The notes under the pieces: model-generated
What the model was told of the DNA's origin: nothing
Database searches by the model: none
What the model saw: the letters and a program-made list of their open reading frames with translations, nothing else
Translations under genes and position numbers: made by a program
Source: Omnitrophica bacterium GWA2_41_15
GTDB taxonomy: Bacteria > Omnitrophota > Gorgyraeia > Gygaellales > UBA12090
DNA length: 64,000 nucleotides
Direction of reading: 5' to 3'
Assembly: GCA_919902675.1 (NCBI GenBank)
Contig: CAKKRH010000010.1
Coordinates: 38,614 to 102,613, forward strand
Shown here: positions 58,488 to 64,000 of the stretch, piece by piece
Layout of the letters: each line of letters starts with the position of its first letter
Numbering within the stretch: the first letter of the stretch is position 1

Positions 58488-59729
58488 CTACTCCAGATAG
58501 GTTACCTCCGCGCTTTCGCCGGCGCGGATAGCCTCCATATCTTCGGGCAATTCCGCGATCCCGTTAGCCAAAACCATTGATCTTAATATGCCCGACCCTT
58601 GAGGCCCGGTAAGAGAGGCATACATCCGGCCGTCCTTATTGGTCAAAATCACCCGCAGAAAATACCTCAATCCCTTTTTCTTCTCAAAATTCCCGCTAAA
58701 AACCGCCGGAAGACGAAGCCTAAAGATATCCTTAGCCCCGGACATCTTTAGAAGCGCCGGGCGCACAAACTGCTCAAAACTAACCATACCGGAGACCGGA
58801 TTTCCCGGCAGACCAAATACCGGAACTTTTCTCATTAAGCCAAAGGCCAGAGGCTTTCCCGGCTTCATAGCCACCCGCCAGAATTTCATTTCCGTGCCCA
58901 CATCCTTCAAAACATCCTTGACAAAATCGTAATCCCCCACCGAAACCCCTCCGCAGACAATTAACACATCCGCGCTTAGGCCCTGGCGAATCTTATCCTC
59001 TATGGCTTTCTTATTATCCCGGGCAATTCCTAACAATATAGGAAGGGCTCCCGCTTTAAGCACCTGCGCGTATAACGAATAGCTGTTGGAATTACGGATT
59101 TTCCCCGGGGCCAGCTTTTGCTTGATTTGTACCAATTCATCGCCGGTTGCCAATATTGCTACTTTTGCTTTTCTAAAAACCTTAATCCGGTTAAACCCCA
59201 AAGACGCCAGCATCCCGATATGACCGGATTTTAGGATTGAGCCCTTAGGAATCACAACCTCGCCCTTCTTAACATCCTCTCCCGAATAGCGGACGTTCTC
59301 CCCCTTCTCAATCTCTTTGAATATCTCAACCAATTCTTTCCTTTTACTGTGGACTGTGGACTGTGGACTGTGGACTACTCTTGTATCCTCCACCATCACC
59401 ACGCTGTCGGCCCCATTAGGCAAGGGCGCTCCGGTCATAATTCTAATTGCCTCACCCCGCCGGATTATTTTGCCAGCGGTATATCCTGCCGCCAAACTCC
59501 CCACCACCTCTAAAATTTTCGGATTCTTTCCTGTCGAGCCTTTTACATCTTCGGCTCGCGCCGCGAAGCCGTCCATGGCGCTGTTATCAAAAGGAGGAAT
59601 GTTTTCTTTGGATTTTATATCCAAGGCGCACACCCTCCCCAAAGCCGATTCAATCTTAATCGGCTCACTCTCTTTTACGCGGAAGATGTTCTTCAGGATA
59701 ATTTCTCTGGCTTGATCTACGCTTATCAT
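58488..59729 (-). CDS. moeA: molybdopterin molybdenumtransferase
   Basis: PPFDNSAMDGFA, IMTGAP, TGDEL, GGVSVGDYD, KPGKP, LPGNP. Confidence 0.95.
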   Translation of the reverse strand: MISVDQAREIILKNIFRVKESEPIKIESALGRVCALDIKSKENIPPFDNSAMDGFAARAEDVKGSTGKNPKILEVVGSLAAGYTAGKIIRRGEAIRIMTGAPLPNGADSVVMVEDTRVVHSPQSTVHSKRKELVEIFKEIEKGENVRYSGEDVKKGEVVIPKGSILKSGHIGMLASLGFNRIKVFRKAKVAILATGDELVQIKQKLAPGKIRNSNSYSLYAQVLKAGALPILLGIARDNKKAIEDKIRQGLSADVLIVCGGVSVGDYDFVKDVLKDVGTEMKFWRVAMKPGKPLAFGLMRKVPVFGLPGNPVSGMVSFEQFVRPALLKMSGAKDIFRLRLPAVFSGNFEKKKGLRYFLRVILTNKDGRMYASLTGPQGSGILRSMVLANGIAELPEDMEAIRAGESAEVTYLE

Positions 59730-59735
59730 TTTATC

Positions 59736-59753
59736 TTGTGAAATTTTTCACAT
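59736..59753. promoter_or_regulatory. Rex/CRP-type operator
   Basis: TTGTGAAATTTTTCACAT, one mismatch to Rex TTGTGAA-N4-TTCACAA; also matches TGTGA-N6-TCACA. Confidence 0.65.
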
Positions 59754-59825
59754 TACTAAGAAAATAAAAAAGGTCTACGGGTCCACTGCTTACCGCCATC
59801 TCCCGCAGACTTCTTTACTATTAAA

Positions 59826-59853
59826 AGTATATCACTCAAAAATATCTTGTCAA
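59826..59853 (-). promoter_or_regulatory. sigma70 promoter for the moeA operon
   Basis: TTGACA (59853-59848), 16 bp, TATACT (59831-59826). Confidence 0.65.
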
Positions 59854-59875
59854 TAAGTTTTTTCCTTAACTGGTC

Positions 59876-60655
59876 TTAACTGGTCAAATCAAACTTCATT
59901 CCGTCGTAGGCGGCGAGGACTTCTGTCCCTAACTCTAGCGATAACTGCTTGGCCAGGGTGTGCGGCTTATGCTGGAGCATAGTCATTCCGAAATGGGTTA
60001 AGATAGCGGTTTTGGGTTTTATGCCTTGGATAATCTTTCGCGCATCGGGAAGGCTTAAGTGGTCTACACCAGGCCTTTCCTCATAAAAAACTACATTGAT
60101 GATAAGCACATCGGCTTTATATAACTGCTCCAGGGCCGGAAAATATTTGGTGTCCGAAATAAGGGCAAGCGAAAAACCAAAATCAAAAATCAGGCCGTAA
60201 GTGGCCACCGGATGAGCCTGCTTAGAAGGCACGCTAAACTTAATTCCACCTATCTGGTAATGCTTTTTTTCTGCTAAGATTTCTATACTGCCCACCACCG
60301 GACGCAGATGCTTTAAGATTACCGGCTCCTCATCCATGGCATCCGCGGGCAGAAACACCGTGCCCCGTTTTTTAAAACCGCCCTCGGTCATCGCCTCAAT
60401 CATCACATTCAGATCATTAGAATGGTCTAAGTGGCGATGAGTAAGGATAATGCCATCTAATTCGGTAGGATCAATTTTAGGCTTGGAAAGAGCGCAGCGG
60501 GTAATACTTCCCGGACCCGGGTCAATAATCAAATTGGTGCCTTGATAAGAAATCCAAATGCCTCCGGAGGAGCGTAGCTGCTTAATCATTACAAAGCGCG
60601 CCCCGGCAGTACCTAAGAATTTAAGGTAATTTTCTTTTTTTAGCAAATTTGCCAA
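59876..60655 (-). CDS. MBL-fold metallo-hydrolase
   Basis: FLGTAG, IDPGPG, THRHLDH, SDT, DHL, LTHFG. Confidence 0.88.
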   Translation of the reverse strand: MANLLKKENYLKFLGTAGARFVMIKQLRSSGGIWISYQGTNLIIDPGPGSITRCALSKPKIDPTELDGIILTHRHLDHSNDLNVMIEAMTEGGFKKRGTVFLPADAMDEEPVILKHLRPVVGSIEILAEKKHYQIGGIKFSVPSKQAHPVATYGLIFDFGFSLALISDTKYFPALEQLYKADVLIINVVFYEERPGVDHLSLPDARKIIQGIKPKTAILTHFGMTMLQHKPHTLAKQLSLELGTEVLAAYDGMKFDLTS

Positions 60656-60685
60656 TCCGTGTAAAAAAATCCCTGTTTATCCTGC

Positions 60686-61189
60686 CTAAAGCCAGAGCTT
60701 CTTCATCTCCTCGGTAATCCTCAGCGCGGATTCTGGCGATAACTTGGGCCTGTTTTCCGGGCCGGGACCTGGCGGTTGTGCCTTAAATATATTCGTAAAT
60801 TCCTGGACAGTTTTTATCCGCGCCTGTAAACGCCTGACACAGCTCTGGATATCCCGGTCATTGGTAACTACTACTATATTTTTAGGGTTAGCCGCAGACT
60901 CAACCAATTCCTTTATCTTCTCATCCGCGCTCATCCCTTGAGAAAAGATAACTCTTGTTCCCGAATCCTGATAAGCCGGCCAGCTTATGGAGGCATTGGC
61001 TTGACCACCTGTGGTGAGCGCGGTCGAACCATCAAAGACCACCGTAACCCGGTTATTTTGACTGCCCTGGGGGCGGCTGATTTTAATAAATTGGATAAGG
61101 CTGGCGCGAGAAAGCTCCAAGCTGGATTTATTCAGCCCGGGCGTCTGTTTGATTAGGTTGTAGCCGTCGATAATGAAGTGTAGAGACAT
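60686..61189 (-). CDS. NYN-domain (YacP/Rae1-like) nuclease
   Basis: IIDGYNL, VVFDG, SADEKI, VVTNDRDI. Confidence 0.85.
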   Translation of the reverse strand: MSLHFIIDGYNLIKQTPGLNKSSLELSRASLIQFIKISRPQGSQNNRVTVVFDGSTALTTGGQANASISWPAYQDSGTRVIFSQGMSADEKIKELVESAANPKNIVVVTNDRDIQSCVRRLQARIKTVQEFTNIFKAQPPGPGPENRPKLSPESALRITEEMKKLWL

Positions 61190-62147
61190 AAAATATGCCT
61201 CCGATAAGGCCAAGAACGGCGATAACCGCGAAGCTCAGCAGAGATTGAGCCAGGGCGATATCCTTAGACACCCCGGCTTTAGAATAAAAAAAGATGCTTG
61301 AGGCGTCCCTTAAGCCCAGGCCGCTTATGGAAATAGGAATAGTGGTTATAACGGTGATAACCGGATTAAAAACCAGAGGATAAAGCATGTTAATCCTGGT
61401 ATTTAATGAGCGCAGGATAAGATAAGAAAAAAGCGAAGCCCCGGTTTGAATTACTATCGAAAAGAGGAAATTAGCGCAGAGAATACCCCGATGCTGACGG
61501 AAAAAATATATCTCCGAATGCAGTTTCTTGAAATTATCCAAAAATTTACCTCTCTTAGCCCTTCGACTCTGCTCAGGGCTAATCCCGAGCGAAGTCGAGG
61601 GATTAGAAATAGAACGGTTGAGCCGGTTATATATCCCTTGATTGAATAAAATTAAAAATACGCCGGTCAATACGCACGCCAAGAGAGACACCGTGGCGTA
61701 AACTGAAAAATCATCAATCAGCCGATGCCCGAAAATAAGCGAAACTATGGCCACACTTACCAGCCCGGCAAATCCGCTCAAGCGGTCTAAAAGCACGGTA
61801 GCGGCAATAACCCCGTAGCGCTTAGTATGCGCGCCAAGATCAATACTCCGGGATAAATCCCCGCCTATGGTTGAAGGCGTAAACAGATTCAAAAAAAGCC
61901 CGCCGGAGAAAGAATTAAGCGCCCTGATTAAAGGCACATCCACCTTATGAGCATCCAGAAGCATCTTCCAGCGGAAAAAAACCATAATCGTAAGGATAAA
62001 AAATATGACCAGCGCCAGCATAAAATAATACAGGTTTAAGTGGGCTATAACCTTAAAGGTGCCTCTAAAATCTATCTTTCTAAATAAAACAAAAAGTAAA
62101 GCCAAGCTGATAAAAATCCGCAGAGAAGTAGAAATGGTTTTTTTCAC
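61128..62147 (-). CDS. LPG synthase TM-region/flippase-like (UPF0104) protein
   Basis: FRW, PSTIGGD..R, DRLSG, PISISGLGLRD. Confidence 0.85.
   Translation of the reverse strand: MKKTISTSLRIFISLALLFVLFRKIDFRGTFKVIAHLNLYYFMLALVIFFILTIMVFFRWKMLLDAHKVDVPLIRALNSFSGGLFLNLFTPSTIGGDLSRSIDLGAHTKRYGVIAATVLLDRLSGFAGLVSVAIVSLIFGHRLIDDFSVYATVSLLACVLTGVFLILFNQGIYNRLNRSISNPSTSLGISPEQSRRAKRGKFLDNFKKLHSEIYFFRQHRGILCANFLFSIVIQTGASLFSYLILRSLNTRINMLYPLVFNPVITVITTIPISISGLGLRDASSIFFYSKAGVSKDIALAQSLLSFAVIAVLGLIGGIFYVSTLHYRRLQPNQTDARAE
61559..61602. repeat. in-frame REP-like palindrome within the CDS
   Basis: CCCTTCGACTCTGCTCAGGG-CTAAT-CCCGAGCGAAGTCGAGGGA, encoding NPSTSLGISPEQSRRA. Confidence 0.7.
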
Positions 62148-63046
62148 TTAAGAATGCCTTTTTTTCCGGTAAGCATAGCATAGGCCTCTAAATATTTTTC
62201 GCTGGTTCTCTGAACTATCTCCGGCGGCAAATCAGGCGCCGGAGGGTTTTTATCCCAGCCAAGACCCTCAAGATAATCCCGGACAAACTGCTTATCAAAA
62301 CTGGCTTGTCCTCTGCCCTTAACGTAAGAATCTACCGGCCAAAAACGCGAAGAGTCCGGAGTCAAAACCTCATCAATAAGGATAAGCCTGTCTTCAAAAA
62401 TACCAAACTCAAACTTGGTGTCAGCAATGATTATGCCCCGTTTAAGCGCGTATTCCGAGGCCTCGCGGTATATGGCTAAGGCCCGCGATTTTGCCTGTTC
62501 ATACACATCCCGGCCTGTGATTTTTATTGCCGCCTGGTCATCTATATTCAGGTCGTGGCCCACATCGGCCTTGGTAGAAGGGGTAAATATCGGCTGAGGC
62601 AGTTTCTCGGACTCCTTCAGGCCTTGAGGAAGCTTTTGGCCTGAGACCGAGCCTTTTTGCTGATATTCATTCCATCCGGAGCCGGAAAGATAACCCCGGA
62701 CAATGCACTCAATAGCCAAAGGCCTGCTCTTTTTAACTAACATCGAGCGGTCTTTTAAAATATCCGTATATTTTTTTAAAGACTCCGGATAATTTTGGAC
62801 ATCCGCTCCAAGCAGATGATTTTCTATGATATCCCTGGTAAAGGAAAACCAGAATTGAGAAATCCGGTTCAGGACTATTCCTTTATAAGGAATCGGCGTA
62901 GGTAAAACCACGTCAAAACAGGAAATCCTGTCGCTAGAGATAATCAAAAGCTTATCACCTAAATCATAGACATCCCGGACCTTACCCCGCCTAAACAACT
63001 TAAGGTCTTTTAAATTAGTAGAAATAATATACTCCATATATTCCAT
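62144..63046 (-). CDS. purC: SAICAR synthetase
   Basis: RGKVRDVY, SDRISCFD, ECIVRGYLSGSG, ADTKFEFG, DEVLTPDSSRFW, DKQFVRD. Confidence 0.97.
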   Translation of the reverse strand: MEYMEYIISTNLKDLKLFRRGKVRDVYDLGDKLLIISSDRISCFDVVLPTPIPYKGIVLNRISQFWFSFTRDIIENHLLGADVQNYPESLKKYTDILKDRSMLVKKSRPLAIECIVRGYLSGSGWNEYQQKGSVSGQKLPQGLKESEKLPQPIFTPSTKADVGHDLNIDDQAAIKITGRDVYEQAKSRALAIYREASEYALKRGIIIADTKFEFGIFEDRLILIDEVLTPDSSRFWPVDSYVKGRGQASFDKQFVRDYLEGLGWDKNPPAPDLPPEIVQRTSEKYLEAYAMLTGKKGILK

Positions 63047-63054
63047 TCCGCGAA

Positions 63055-63172
63055 AACCCTAAACTCTAAACCCTAAACTCTAAACAAACTCAAAACCTAA
63101 AACACAAAATTCAAAGATTTTGTTTTGGACATTCGGGTTTTGAGTTTTAGATTTGTTTATGATTTAGAGTTT
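63055..63172. repeat. inverted heptamer array
   Basis: AAACCCT/AAACTCT tandem units, then reverse-complement-like units (TTTTGAG, TTTTAGA, TTTAGAG). Confidence 0.75.
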
Positions 63173-63210
63173 TATGCTGTTACCACTTTTTAACTACATA
63201 AGCTTAAATT

Positions 63211-64000
63211 CTATTCCAACCGCTTCCGTAATGCCTCATACTCCTGCCAGAGCTCCTTAGGCAGGTCTTTTTTGAATTGGCCGAAAAATTCCTTAATTAA
63301 ATCCAGTTCCTTAAGCCACTCCTTATTATCAATCGCCAATAGCTGTTCTAAGGCATTTTCAGAGAGCTTCAATCCGGTCATATCTATATCGTGAGGCCTG
63401 GGCAAATATCCGATGGGGGTTTTTATAGCTTCGGCTTTATTGTTACAGCGGTCAAGTATCCACTCTAAAACCCGTAAATTTTCTCCGTAACCCGGCCACA
63501 GGAATTCTCCCTGGTTAGATGTCCTGAACCAGTTGACATGAAATATCCTGGGCGGCTTAGACATCCCCTTGCCCATATTTAACCAATGGCGGAAATATTC
63601 GGCCATATTGTAGCCGCAGAAAGGAAGCATGGCCATTGGGTCACGCCTGACCTGGCCGACTTTACCGGCCTGGGCCGCGGTAGTTTCCGAGGCCATCGCC
63701 GCTCCCACAAACACCCCATGCTGCCAATTAAAGGCCTCATACACTAAAGGCGCCAGATGCGCTCTGCGCCCGCCAAAGACAATCGCCGAGATAGGCACCC
63801 CATGGTGCTGTTCTATGCGAAACGAGGCCGAAGGACAATTAACAATCGGGGTGGTGAAACGGCTGTTGGGATGAGCCCCTTTAATCACATTACCCTGTTC
63901 ATCTTTCATTCCCGGATTCCAAAGCCTGCCCTGCCAGTCAATCCCGCTTTTGGGAACCTCACCGTCAGCGCCCTCCCACCAGACGGTCCTATCCGGCCTT
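63211..64000 (-). CDS. pckG: GTP-dependent phosphoenolpyruvate carboxykinase (3' part)
   Basis: AHPNSRF, FGGRR, SETTAA, DPMAMLPFCGY, VNWFR, WPGYGEN; frame continues past the window end. Confidence 0.95.
   Translation of the reverse strand, partial: RPDRTVWWEGADGEVPKSGIDWQGRLWNPGMKDEQGNVIKGAHPNSRFTTPIVNCPSASFRIEQHHGVPISAIVFGGRRAHLAPLVYEAFNWQHGVFVGAAMASETTAAQAGKVGQVRRDPMAMLPFCGYNMAEYFRHWLNMGKGMSKPPRIFHVNWFRTSNQGEFLWPGYGENLRVLEWILDRCNNKAEAIKTPIGYLPRPHDIDMTGLKLSENALEQLLAIDNKEWLKELDLIKEFFGQFKKDLPKELWQEYEALRKRLE

Noticed and set aside
59730-59875. Canonical Moco or fluoride riboswitch
   Set aside because: The leader is too short for the multi-stem Moco motif. GGAGAUGG is present but the downstream fluoride consensus is not.
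185-63874. Numerous plus-strand ORFs in the track (e.g. 40385-40882, 56156-56764)
   Set aside because: They are antisense shadows of well-supported minus-strand genes and have no recognisable motifs.

Overview
Bacterial chromosomal window with nearly every gene on the minus strand. The gene content (T2SS/T4P-like gsp cluster, GAF/HD-GYP signalling, secreted FN3 and Rhs proteins, GTP-PEPCK) suggests an anaerobic diderm; Omnitrophota/PVC-like is my inference only. In transcription order (right to left): pckG, purC, flippase-like gene, NYN nuclease and MBL hydrolase; then a probable redox-regulated operon with a Rex/CRP-type box (moeA, small MobB-C-like ORF, porin, ttrBCA/srdBCA-like Mo enzyme, His-motif membrane protein, hydG, and a HypC-HydE fusion), with no hydF, hydA or hypDEF in the window; then a secreted Ig/FN3 protein and a Sec-signal SpvB/Rhs toxin with an HYT-type ART-like tip and a Cys-rich immunity candidate; then an AT-rich island (lipoprotein/LpoB/protease module) bounded by GGGGTCAG...CTGACCCC elements and a split Y1 (RAYT-like) transposase; then TA modules, a C25-like protease, and a small peptide-ALDH-membrane kinase-RR-HD-GYP locus interrupted by a REP-flanked GIY-YIG gene; then glycolipid genes, gspEFGHIJK-L-M, and marR-MFS/PlsC-hydrolase-DUF2339. 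The best candidate for a new system is the HydG plus HypC-HydE hybrid maturation module. Many small palindromic and 7-8-mer repeat elements are present, several inside coding sequence. No rRNA, tRNA or CRISPR array was seen. All family calls come from motif recognition by eye, not from database searches.
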